A stretch of DNA of 61,664 nt, the filler included, from Dugesia japonica (lineage: Eukaryota): NCBI GenBank assembly GCA_001938525.1. It is 6 parts of 6 records of this genome, joined end to end, with 100 filler letters (N's around TTAATTAATTAA, not from the genome) between each part and the next. Parts side by side here need not be neighbours in the genome. Positions count along the whole stretch, not along the records: positions 1 to 9,561 come from MQRL01627259.1; positions 9,662 to 21,031 come from MQRL01584820.1; 4 more parts are not named here. One strand, 5' to 3'. Of this stretch, positions 1 through 9,991 are shown piece by piece. The notes beneath the pieces are model-generated. The model saw nothing but the letters and a program-made list of their open reading frames with translations. It made no database searches and was not told the origin of the DNA. Numbering within the stretch: the stretch's first letter is position 1; each line of letters starts with the position of its first letter. Position numbers and translations under genes: made by a program.

Positions 1-2
1 TC

Positions 3-638
3 CTTGACTGTTATCATATCTACATATACTATTAATTGTTCTATATCAATTTCTGTTAAGATTGCGTATTTGAGAAATGATGTATGGTTAATCAGATCTA
101 TATAATTTACTGCACAATGCCCTTTTATAATAGTGTATGTAGGGAAAGGTACAGGAATATGATCATGATAAAATAACTCTACACAAAGAACGGCTGGAAT
201 ATCCTGTATTGCAACTTTTATTTGGTTTACTCCTGGATCTATTTTNCCCTCTAATATTAGTGTGTTGTTTGCCAGCATATGTATATCTATTTTTTTGTAT
301 GAGAATCTAATAGGAGTTTTTGTAACATGTAATCTAATTTCTTTAAGTACTCGTTTGTCATTTAATAGTGCTTCTTGTGGATCTTCCTCTATTTCTATGT
401 ACCCTATCAATTGTTGTAGTGAGTATCTCTGAGCTTTCTGAAATCGTATCACAATGATATCTTTATCAAAAGTGTTGTTTTTTAAGACATTCAGGATTGT
501 ATTCACACCATTAAAAACTTCTATCCTAGGTTCACTGTCTTTATCTTTGAATGCAAAACTTTGGATATGGTTAAAAAATGCGCGACATCTTTTGTGACTA
601 AGGATGAGGATGAAGGAATGTTTGCCGATTGTGTAGAT
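3..638 (-). CDS. Open frame of at least 212 codons running off the window edge; second part of the Gypsy accessory region, unknown product
   Basis: Manual translation IYTIGKHSFILILSHKRCRAFF...VELFYHDHIPVPFPTYTIIKGHCAVNY...MITVK has no stop before base 1, which is probably why it is absent from the ORF track. Confidence 0.6.
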   Translation of the reverse strand, partial: MYTIGKHSFILILSHKRCRAFFNHIQSFAFKDKDSEPRIEVFNGVNTILNVLKNNTFDKDIIVIRFQKAQRYSLQQLIGYIEIEEDPQEALLNDKRVLKEIRLHVTKTPIRFSYKKIDIHMLANNTLILEXKIDPGVNQIKVAIQDIPAVLCVELFYHDHIPVPFPTYTIIKGHCAVNYIDLINHTSFLKYAILTEIDIEQLIVYVDMITVK

Positions 639-1112
639 TTATTGTGCATTGACTGTATTACTTCGCTATTTTTGTTATCTTCTCTTTTTATGTTATGTTC
701 TGCTTGCTTGTATTGATGTGTTCTCTGTATATTATTGTTTGATTGTTGAATGTGTATGACGTGTTGTTTTGACTGCATTGTGTAATATGTAAAGGAATGG
801 TATTTTCTGATTTATCTGTTATATATTATAATGTATTTATTGACCTGGCTTGTTTCTGATATCTTTTTTTTAAGTGTTATTTCTAAAAAAATGTAATAAT
901 TAATTTTTGATTTTAAGGACTAACTAGTCCTATATACTGCCACATGTATAAGTAGCTTATAATATAAATAAAAATATATATAAATAATGAAATAGAATTT
1001 TAACAAATTTTGTATAGGGTGTTCAGACCAATGTCCACTGGACATAATTCGGAATTTGTGTGGTATTGCGACGCCGATAACGCTGCCTCTTCCACCTGTA
1101 TTGCTTATGTAT

Positions 1113-2096
1113 TTATACTAATGTAATTATGAAAGCGAGGAGGAAGAGTAATGCAATTATTCCCAATATCGAAAATGGATGATATAATATTTTCATGTCA
1201 AATGGTTTTATTGTGGTTGTAATCCATATCTGTAGAATTTTATGTCGCAATTGTTGATGATCTACATTTATGTTATTGATCAAAGTCTGTTTATTTCTTC
1301 TTGGATTTTTGTTTGTTATCGCACTCGTTGTCGTTTTTTCTGTAAAATTATTATATATTATTGTATCATGGGGAATAGTTGTTTCTATTTTCTGTCTGGT
1401 TGTAATTAACTTCGTTTGGCTGGTAACAAATTTTTTCTTTATTTGTGGTTTGGTTGTACTCAACTCTTTTTGTTGTATAGGAATAGTCATAAATCGCGTT
1501 TTGATTTGTAGTTCGGTTGTACTCAACTTTCTTTGTGTTGCAGTACTAGTCACTAACGGTTTTAGTGGTATCATTCGTTTCTTTTGTAGTGTAGTGACTA
1601 TATATTGTTTAATTGAGTTGATTCCCTTTATCTGATAATGTATCCAAATTCTATGTTTTGTGTTGGCCTTTAATCCTTTTATCTCTATTTGGCCTATCCC
1701 TTTGTACACTTTCCATGGTAAGAAAACATATTTCTTTTTCTTGATGTATTCACTCGATATACCTCTATCGTATGTGATTGGTCTTTCTTTTATTGCTGCA
1801 GCGATCGCCATATTATTAGCTGTCCTGAGTATAATTCTATTGGAATAGATGATCCTTTTTATATATCCAGAACTCTCTTCCTTTTTTAGTCGAGTTGCAC
1901 CTACTGTTAATAATGTCAATAAAGTTAGTGCGAATAATAGTAATGCATTTTGTGATCCTGATCGAAGGTTATATTTGTGTTGTTTTTCCTGTTCAATTTC
2001 TGCTTCTGCCATTTTGCATCGGTTAACTGCCACAATCACGGAGTTGTCTTTTTTGTTTTTTATTATGTGTAAATTTGTAGGAGTTGTTTTTACCAC
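1113..2096 (-). CDS. Integrase C-terminus fused to an env-like membrane protein (signal peptide, possible FN3-like segment, Thr-rich stalk, TM helix)
   Basis: Frame continues KGPYEVVKTTPTN..VAVNRCK..KYNLRS, then NALLLFALTLLTLLTVGA, IEIKGLKANTKHRIWIHY, a Thr-rich tract and ILGIIALLFLLAFIITLV. Confidence 0.7.
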   Translation of the reverse strand: MVKTTPTNLHIIKNKKDNSVIVAVNRCKMAEAEIEQEKQHKYNLRSGSQNALLLFALTLLTLLTVGATRLKKEESSGYIKRIIYSNRIILRTANNMAIAAAIKERPITYDRGISSEYIKKKKYVFLPWKVYKGIGQIEIKGLKANTKHRIWIHYQIKGINSIKQYIVTTLQKKRMIPLKPLVTSTATQRKLSTTELQIKTRFMTIPIQQKELSTTKPQIKKKFVTSQTKLITTRQKIETTIPHDTIIYNNFTEKTTTSAITNKNPRRNKQTLINNINVDHQQLRHKILQIWITTTIKPFDMKILYHPFSILGIIALLFLLAFIITLV

Positions 2097-3499
2097 TTCA
2101 TATGGACCTTTATAAGGTCTTGCTAATTTATTTGTTTACCCTTTCTGTGTAACTGGTGCTTTTATCTTCACCTTATCTCCCACTTTAAAATTATGTTCTC
2201 TAGCTTTTCTGTCATGATAATCTTTGTATTGTTCCTATTTGAATTTTACTTTTAGATTGGCTTGTTTATAGTCTTTCTTGTATTGTTGTAAAGTAATCTG
2301 GATTATCCATGTATTGTGACACAATTGGCTCAAATATTATATCTATTGGCATATGATTTTGTCTGAGGTACATAAGATAAAATGGTGAATATCCCGTGGC
2401 CTCGTTTTCAGTTGTATTATGTATGAATAATGCTGGCTTAATAAATAGATCCCAATCATTTTGATGTTTATTTACGAAAACTGCCAATCTATTACATAAT
2501 TTACTGTTGAATCTTTCAACTAACTCATCAGTTTGTGGGTGATATACCGTCGTATTTATTTTTTTAATATTAAACATATTTGTCACCCTTTGTGTGACTT
2601 CATTGAGGAAATTCTTTCCCCTATTGGATAGCAGCTTTCTTGGCGCTCCATATTTGTATATTATTTTTTCAATTAATAACTTTGCTACTGTATCTGCTGT
2701 TTCATCTTTTGTAGGAAATGCCTCTGNCCACTTTGTAAAATAGTCATTGAATACTAATATATGTTTATTGCCTTTTATAGTTGTTGGTAATTTGCACAAA
2801 AATTCCATTGCACATGTTTCCATTGGTTAGCTGGGTATTGACATTGGTTGTAATGGAACTTTGATTTTTGTTCCTGCGTTCTTTCTTGTGGCACAGATAC
2901 TACACGCTTGACACTATTTCTTCAGATCCTCTTTGATATTATCCCAATAGTATTTTTGTAGCAACCTTAACGTGGTTTTTCTACTAGATAGGTGTCCTCC
3001 GAGTGCTCCATCATGATATTGTAATAATAACAACTGTTTTAGAGAATCTGGTACAACCATCAGATTTTTCCCTAAATTATTGTACATAAGTAAATTCTTA
3101 TACATTTTATATTTAGTATTCTTTTCTTGCAGCATCATCTTTTTAATCTCTTTTATTTGTTTATCTTTATTTTGTTCCTCTAGAAAAGTTTTTGGGTTTG
3201 CTCTTGTCATCACAATTGACATCATTACTAATATATTCACTTCTGGAATTCTTGATAATGCATCGGCGTTTTTGTTTGCTCTACCTGGCTTTTATATAAT
3301 ACGTATGATCATATCTTGAATTTTATTGTCCACTTCAGTATTCTACTGGATGCATTATTATTTTTCCATAGACCCTCTAAGGATTTATGATCTGTTCGGA
3401 TGACATTTTCTGTTCCATATATAAATGGTCTAAATTGTTTTTTACGCGAATATGATAGCTAAACATTCTTTTTCAATTGTTGAATACCTATTTCTAGTT

Positions 3500-4730
3500 T
3501 AATAGATCATTAGGTTCTGAAATATTAATTATTTTATTGAGAATAGACAGTCTTTTAGAAATATAAAACTATATTATTTCATAACCTACTTAAGAAAATT
3601 CATTTACATAAAAACTTAATTAAACCAAAATAAATTTCACTATAAAATTCAACATGCAAAAGTAAATTATTTTATTCTTTAATCGAGCTCCCAGCTATTC
3701 CATAAAAATTTAATGACTTTTGAATATCATTTTCTCACAAATTCGACTTTCAATTTTCCTCATGTCTCTGCCATAAATTACTAACTGCTAGATATCATTT
3801 TCTCACAAATTTGACTTTCATTTTTTACTCACATTGCTGCAATAAATTACTGATTTTTGGAGCTCAATCATCGTACAATATATGGAACACTCAGATCATA
3901 AAACGGTTAAGAGTTTAATAACATTAGCACAATAGAACAAAGATTTTCTTCTCACTATTATCTTCGATATCCAAAAGCTTTCTAAGAATTTCTTCACTGT
4001 CCGGAATTTATTTCGATGAAAACTAAAAATATAGTATCAAAAATTATGTTCAATGATTGTAATAATAATAAAAAATTAAAGTGTGAATCTGATTATTTTT
4101 TCAGTGCAAACGAGTTTTATTCATTGTTTGCACCACAACTTCCAACTCATCATTCGTCCACCAATCAGCTTCGATTTTTGCCCAATTTGGGTTTTATGAT
4201 AGGTTGCTACATTGCTCTCCTTTGGTGTGCACCTCTTTATTTTCGGTTTGGTGAGAGGTTCGCGCACACCAACTCACCGATAATCTCCTGTCATCAGTCA
4301 CCTTGTATGACCTCTGATGGCGGATTTTAGTTACCACCGATTTTCTTTGTCTGGTTAAGGGTGATTCATGAAGTTTGTTATTAAATTTGGACTTAATTCA
4401 CCTTTACCAGACGATGACTGGACCAAATATTTCTTTAATTAAGAAATAATTAATAATATAAAACGCTGAATAGCGTTATTATAGTAATGAAATAGGGTCG
4501 TAGAGGACCCTTTAATAATTTATTATATAGTATATTATTTTTATTATTTAATACATCATTTTCTTTTATCTCATATACTTTTCGCTACCATGCAACGAAA
4601 TTTGGGTCATCTACGCCCGATTTCGGATTTTCGAGATTTCCAAAATTAATTCATTATAATTATATTAATAATTACATAATAATAATGATAATTCTGTATA
4701 TAATAAGCAATTTTTTGGTTCAGCCCATCA
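3500..4730 (-). repeat. Probable LTR fragment (start TGATGGGCTGAACC at 4730 on minus strand)
   Basis: Terminus resembles TGTTGGGGTGAAAC at 9978(+), 9970(-) and 39814(-); contains an internal ~70-bp tandem duplication near 3724-3855. Confidence 0.45.
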
Positions 4731-4847
4731 ACTTTGTGTTCACTCTTCACTATTTTTGGAAACTTTTACCACTCGTTATACTATTATTGCTTCAACAATT
4801 TTTCTGTTCTAGCACAGCAAATTTAATTAATAATTAGTTTTTTTAAC

Positions 4848-4892
4848 TGCATCAATTTGAAACACGCATCAATTTGAAACACGCATCAATTT
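4848..4892. repeat. 17-bp tandem repeat GCATCAATTTGAAACAC, about 2.5 copies
   Basis: Read directly. Confidence 0.85.
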
Positions 4893-5389
4893 TATATATA
4901 AATACATTATCTATATACTATTAATATACTTTAATTTCATGCAAATATACATAGATTTCATTAAAACATATAAATGCATACATATTTCATTATTACATAT
5001 AAAAAGAATCCAATAAATATACATTTAATTCATAAATTAATTTCATCAAATCATTGAAATACAATAATATATACTTTAAGAAAAATTATAAATTATTTAT
5101 TAAATTTAGATAATTTTTATAAGAACTTTGCATGTGTATCTTCTATTGAATTTGATAAAGTACTTATTATTAGCATTTTTATCGAAATGAATAATTGATT
5201 TGATATATCGGTAAAATTGTATAGAAATTAATCAACCTATTGAAATATAATATATCCAGTAAATTTCCTCCAATTAATCAGGAAATCAGGAATGGATATA
5301 TAACTAAGCAAAATTTGAAATAATCTTTCAGTATTTATTTATTTTGAAAATGACACAGGTATTAAATATTTCAACAGTAGTGGGATAGT

Positions 5390-6165
5390 AGCGCACGGGC
5401 ACAATAAAATGCCATTTGGCATTGCGGCGACACCAGAAACATTTCATGAAATTAATCCAGAAAAGTGTCAGTTTTTAAAAGCACAATCAAATTTCTGGGA
5501 CACATAATTAGCAGGCATGGTGTCAGAACTGATCCGTCTAAAATAGAAGCAATAAGAACATTTGGCAAACCTAACTGTATGAAGAATTGACGAAATTTCT
5601 TAGGAATATGTAAATTTTACAGAAACTATAGAAAATTATGCCAGAAAATCAAGAATCTTAGAACAGTTGTGTATGGGACCCATCAACAAGAAATCAAAAT
5701 GAATAGATGAAATAAACAATACTTTTAAGGATCTGAAGAAAACGCTAATGACTGCACCTAGATTATGTTTTCCAGACATCAACAGATAACTTATATTAGA
5801 CGCAGATGTCAGTTTCGATACAATTGGTACAGTATTGTTACAGAGAGATAAAGAAGGAAGAGAAAGAGTTGTTGTCTATGGATCACACTCAACGACGAGT
5901 CATGAAAAGATATATTGCATGATACGAAAGGAGTTATTGGCTGTTTATTTTTTCTGTATGCATTTAAAACATTACTTGTACGGTAAAAGATTTACTCTTA
6001 GAATAGATCATAACTTTCATGATGACGACAAAGAAATCAATTACGTCATAATTTCAGACATAGATTAATTATATGAGCAGTTTAGGCATGGTTTTGGAAT
6101 ATAGAAAAGGAATTCAACATAGTAATGCAGATATGTTATCTAAACCAAGATGTGAGGTATGGGTA
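5390..6165 (+). mobile_element. Gypsy pol fragment (RT with internal deletion, RNase H)
   Basis: MPFGIAAT, INPEKCQFL, FLGHIIS, RKELLAVYFFCMHLKHYLYGKRFTLRIDH, NADMLSKPRC; same family as 59320-61600. Confidence 0.9.
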
Positions 6166-6295
6166 AGTAGTGGTAAAATGACGGTTTCCCGACAAGGTTC
6201 TACCCTTCGTTTACCTTACAACCTGTCATAGGATAAAATAATGTATTGTAAATATAAAAAAACACTTGTCGGGAAACGGTCATTTTACCACTACT
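6166..6295. repeat. 31-bp inverted repeat with Maverick-type AGTAGT...ACTACT termini, 130 bp overall
   Basis: 6166-6196 AGTAGTGGTAAAATGACGGTTTCCCGACAAG vs 6265-6295 reverse complement, 1 mismatch. Confidence 0.85.
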
Positions 6296-6410
6296 ACGGT
6301 AATTGGTTGATATTTGAAAAATAAATATAAAATTAAAATAAAATAAAAAAATAAACATGGTTAATTAAAATTTTAACATAAACAGAAATACAACACCTAA
6401 AACCACAACT

Positions 6411-6462
6411 GTAAGTAAAAACACAAGTAAAAACACAAGTAAAAATACAAGTAAAAATACAA
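6411..6462 (+). repeat. 12-bp tandem repeat (ACAAGTAAAAAY), reading as TSKN repeats
   Basis: Read directly; lies in a small frame 6357-6518. Confidence 0.8.
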
Positions 6463-6538
6463 ATGGAAATAAAAATATATTAACTAATAAAATTCAATTA
6501 CAAGTAAAATTTAAATAAAAATTTTTTATTATTAGAAA

Positions 6539-7858
6539 ATGGAGTTACATAATATAATAGAAACAAATATTAATCTTGATAATAATATTAATTTCCAACA
6601 TTTATTTTTGAAAAATGATGTTTTAAGAAGTACACCTTCATCTTGTTCAATTAGTCATTTAATGTCTTCTGGAAATATAGTTTTTCAATCTTTACAATCA
6701 TCAAATCCATTAGACATTTCTAATTCAATGTTATAGTAGAGATAACTGTTTCAGATAAAGATAAAATAACTTTAGAAAATAATTGGTTTCCTAGTTTATT
6801 CAAAACGATGAGATTAACTTTAGGATCTTCAGATGTAGAAAAAATTCATGATCCTAGAATAATTTCAACAATGTTAAATTTTATAACAACTACTTCAACT
6901 TATAAAAATATTTATGGTAAATCATCTGGATGGATTCCAGACACAAATAAAGGACATTTAGATGTTAATGGATTGGGTAAAAATTTAGGTTTTTATAAAA
7001 GAAATAAACTTTATTCGAAAAATAAATTTGAAGGTGGTTTTTCTTTAGAAAATTTATTTGGATTTATGCAATGTTATAATAGATTATTATATAATACAAA
7101 GATTGAATTTACTTGTAATCGANNNNNNNNNNNNNNNNNNNNNNNNNNNNNNNNNNNNNNNNNNNNNNNNNNNNNNNNNNNNNNNNNNNNNNNNNNNNNN
7201 NNNNNNNNNNNNNNNNNNNNNNNNNNNNNNNNNNNNNNNNTTTTAGAAAGAATTTATACAAATAAATCTATTCAAGTTTGTTTTTTAAATAGAATTACTT
7301 CAAGTACAACTTTAGTTTCTTGAAATAAATATTCACTTAAATTGATTAATTTAGTTTATAAACCAAGATATATATTTATTGTAATAAAAGATGATGATAT
7401 TTCTTATCAAAAGAATAACANNNNNNNNNNNNNNNNNNNNNNNNNNNNNNNNNNNNNNNNNNNNNNNNNNNNNNNNNNNNNNNNNNNNNNNNNNNNNNNN
7501 NNNNNNNNNNNNNNNNNNNNNNNNNNNNNNNNNNNNNNNNNNNNNNNNNNNNNNNNNNNNNNNNNNNNNNNNNNNNNNNNNNNNNNNNNNNNNNNNNNNN
7601 NNNNNNNNNNNNNNNNNNNNNNNNNNNNNNNNNNNNNNNNNNNNNNNNNNNNNNNNNNNNNNNNNNNNNNNNNNNNNNNNNNNNNNNNNNNNNNNNNNNN
7701 NNNNNATTAATACTGTGAATGTAACTTTACATTTAACTAAAGATCCTGGTTTTAAAGGAAGTTTGTATTGGTGTATTTTAGAGGAAAAACATATAGAAAT
7801 GAAATTATCAGATAGTAAAATTGTTATGATTGAAAATGTTCGAGGAGAAAAATTCTAA
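6539..7858 (+). pseudogene. Polinton/adintovirus major capsid protein (double jelly-roll, PY-type)
   Basis: Motifs LENNWFPSLFKTMRL, GW.PD, GFYKR, LENLFGFMQCYNRL, KPRYIFI; in-frame stops at 6734 and 7321; N gaps. Confidence 0.8.
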
Positions 7859-7877
7859 TTAGATTTTAAATTTAAGT

Positions 7878-7903
7878 TGTCGTCTACAGACGACACTTTT
7901 TAT
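7878..7903 (+). terminator. GC-rich hairpin TGTCGTCT-AC-AGACGACA followed by TTTTTAT after the capsid stop
   Basis: Perfect 8-bp stem about 20 nt after the TAA; terminator role is inferred only. Confidence 0.4.
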
Positions 7904-7920
7904 TTAGAGTTTAAGTTTAA

Positions 7921-8202
7921 AAAATCATTGATCCAGATAAAATAAAAAAAATAATCGAAGATCATAACTATGAAAATGATAACTTTAGTTTTAAACAGAA
8001 ATTTAAAATTGGAGATATAGTTAGAATCTTTAAATATAAATATAAATTTGAAAAAAGATTTACAGCTAAATGGACAAATGAAATATTTATTGTAACAAAA
8101 GTATATAAAACAAAACCTTTTACTTGTGGAATTACAAACTTAGAAAATGAAAAAATTCTAGGTAGATTTTATGATTATGAACTTCAGAAAACAGTTTTAT
8201 AA
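7921..8202 (+). pseudogene. Maverick c-integrase C-terminal domain (catalytic core absent)
   Basis: KFKIGDIVRIFKYKYKFEKRFTAKWTNEIFIVTKVYKTKPFT...GRFYDYELQK matches the Polinton integrase tail pattern; no start codon in frame. Confidence 0.85.
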
Positions 8203-8632
8203 ATTTAAAATTAATAAATTAATTTTTAAATTTATTTTAAAAGGTTGTTTAGAAAAAGAATTTATTACAATTGATAAAATTGATAAACAAGAGTTAAAAG
8301 AAGAAATTAAACAAGAATTAAAAGAAATTATAACAAGTGAGTTATTAATTCTAAAAGATATTATTAAAACTGATAAACAAATTCAAATGAAACAAATAGA
8401 TAAAAGAAAAAATTTCAGAAATCCACCAGAATTATTTTGGAAGTGGTTGACTTTAGATATGCCCGAAACTTTTAAACCATTTGAAGAAATACAAGAAGAT
8501 TATAAAATAAACAACTACTTCGAAAATTTTGATTTTACTAATATGGATAAATATAGTATGCGTTTATTAAAATTAATAATAAATAGATTAAAAGGAAAGG
8601 AAACAGATAGATTTTACGGCATTCTGAAATAA
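8171..8632 (+). CDS. Maverick hypothetical protein A
   Basis: Open frame between integrase tail and ATPase; true start uncertain; shares a motif block with the next ORF. Confidence 0.6.
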   Translation: MIMNFRKQFYKFKINKLIFKFILKGCLEKEFITIDKIDKQELKEEIKQELKEIITSELLILKDIIKTDKQIQMKQIDKRKNFRNPPELFWKWLTLDMPETFKPFEEIQEDYKINNYFENFDFTNMDKYSMRLLKLIINRLKGKETDRFYGILK

Positions 8633-8711
8633 AAATCTTTTTTGATGAAAAAATAACTTCTGATTATAAATCTTAATTTTTAAAAAATTTTAAATTAATA
8701 AAAATATAAAA

Positions 8712-9068
8712 ATGGGGAATACACAAAATTCTAAAAAATCAAAAAAAAATAATGAAGAACTCACTAACATTCATGACCAGAAGGAACTCAATAACGCTTG
8801 TGACCAAAAAGAACTACAAGAAAATAATATTGAAAAAGAAGAGCAAAAAGAAGAAAAAGAAGAGCTAACACAAACAGAAGGTGATAAAAAACCTAAAACA
8901 TTTTGGAAACAGTTAATTAATGATATATCAATAGAAAAAATAGATGAAATTCCATTTTACAATAACTTAAATTTTATAAATATGGGTATGCCAAATTTAC
9001 CTTTATTAAATATGAGTGCTAGTAAATTAACTAATGATTACATAAAAGAAAAAAGTAATAAATATTAA
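8712..9068 (+). CDS. Maverick hypothetical protein B (MGN N-terminus, acidic tract)
   Basis: Intact 118-aa ORF with AAAATG context; probable paralogue of ORF A. Confidence 0.7.
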   Translation: MGNTQNSKKSKKNNEELTNIHDQKELNNACDQKELQENNIEKEEQKEEKEELTQTEGDKKPKTFWKQLINDISIEKIDEIPFYNNLNFINMGMPNLPLLNMSASKLTNDYIKEKSNKY

Positions 9069-9085
9069 TTTTTTATTTAATAAAA

Positions 9086-9561
9086 ATGACACAGCTAATC
9101 TGGAATAAAAATAAAACCATATTTAATAATAAAATCTTTCCATTTCATTTTAGATTATTAATAATTGGTTCTTCAGGATCTGGTAAAAATGTTTTATTAA
9201 TGAAAATGTTATTAACTCCTAAGTTTTTAGATTATGATACTTTAATAATTTATTCTACTACAATAAATCAATTTGAATTACAATTACTTTATCGTGGTTT
9301 TGAAAATGGATTATCAAAAGAAGATATTATTTTTATTTTTGAACATCAAAATATAATTCCTGATTCCTTGATAACACCATTAGAAGTAATTCAATGGGAT
9401 ATTAAAAAATATTCAGTCCCATAAAAAACCAAAGAATGGTAAATGTAATTTTAAGTAATAAACCAAATGAAATTATTCCTTGTGATTAATTATCGAAAGA
9501 TAAAAAGAATTTAATAGTTTTTGATGATGTTGTTAATGAAAAAAATCAAGAAGTACAAAAA
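9086..9561 (+). pseudogene. A32/FtsK-like DNA packaging ATPase
   Basis: Walker A GSSGSGKN after FRLLII; Walker B NLIVFDD near 9510-9530 beyond stops. Confidence 0.88.
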
Positions 9562-9661
9562 NNNNNNNNNNNNNNNNNNNNNNNNNNNNNNNNNNNNNNN
9601 NNNNNTTAATTAATTAANNNNNNNNNNNNNNNNNNNNNNNNNNNNNNNNNNNNNNNNNNNN
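9562..9661. other. Artificial contig spacer (N44-TTAATTAATTAA-N44)
   Basis: Same six-frame-stop linker also at 21076, 29997, 39134 and 53269. Confidence 0.97.
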
Positions 9662-9956
9662 TCGAAAATTTGAACTTTTTTTACAAATAAATTTTGTTTT
9701 GTTTTGATCGAAGCCTTATCTTATTTTAATAATTTGGTATCGTTTTATTTTAAAATTAATTAATTTGTTGCATTAATTAATTATTTTCCATATTATTTTT
9801 TTCTGGTTATTTCTTTTTAATTATTAAAATTTTCTTAATTAACGATCATAAATAGCTTCCCTTTCTTCCCACCTTCTTCATTTTAATTTCATTTCCTTTT
9901 ATTGTTGCTTTTTGTGCTTTATTTCCTCCCTTGATTTATTCTATACTTTAATGGGT

Positions 9957-9991
9957 GTTTCACCCCAACACTAATAATGTTGGGGTGAAAC
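9957..9991. repeat. Back-to-back LTR-like termini: GTTTCACCCCAACA-7nt-TGTTGGGGTGAAAC
   Basis: Perfect 14-bp inverted repeat with TG/CA ends; flanks 9720-9850 and 10250-10350 are also weakly inverted-similar. Confidence 0.7.

Larger units (their letters stand above)
1..3495 (-). mobile_element. Degenerate Ty3/Gypsy LTR retrotransposon (RNase H, integrase, 3' accessory polyprotein)
   Basis: Minus-strand RNase H (YSTIEKECLAI, RTDHK, NADALSRI), integrase zinc finger (QYHDGALGGH), rve core (NDYFTKW, HPQTDELVERFN) and GPY/F tail (FKVGDKV, KGPYEV), with stops and frameshifts. Confidence 0.93.
6166..9561 (+). mobile_element. Maverick/Polinton (adintovirus-like) remnant
   Basis: AGTAGT terminus, capsid, integrase tail and packaging ATPase co-oriented and tightly packed; truncated by contig end. 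Confidence 0.88.

Noticed and set aside
1270-2115. Three hydrophobic plus-strand ORFs
   Set aside because: Antisense shadows of the A-rich minus-strand ORF
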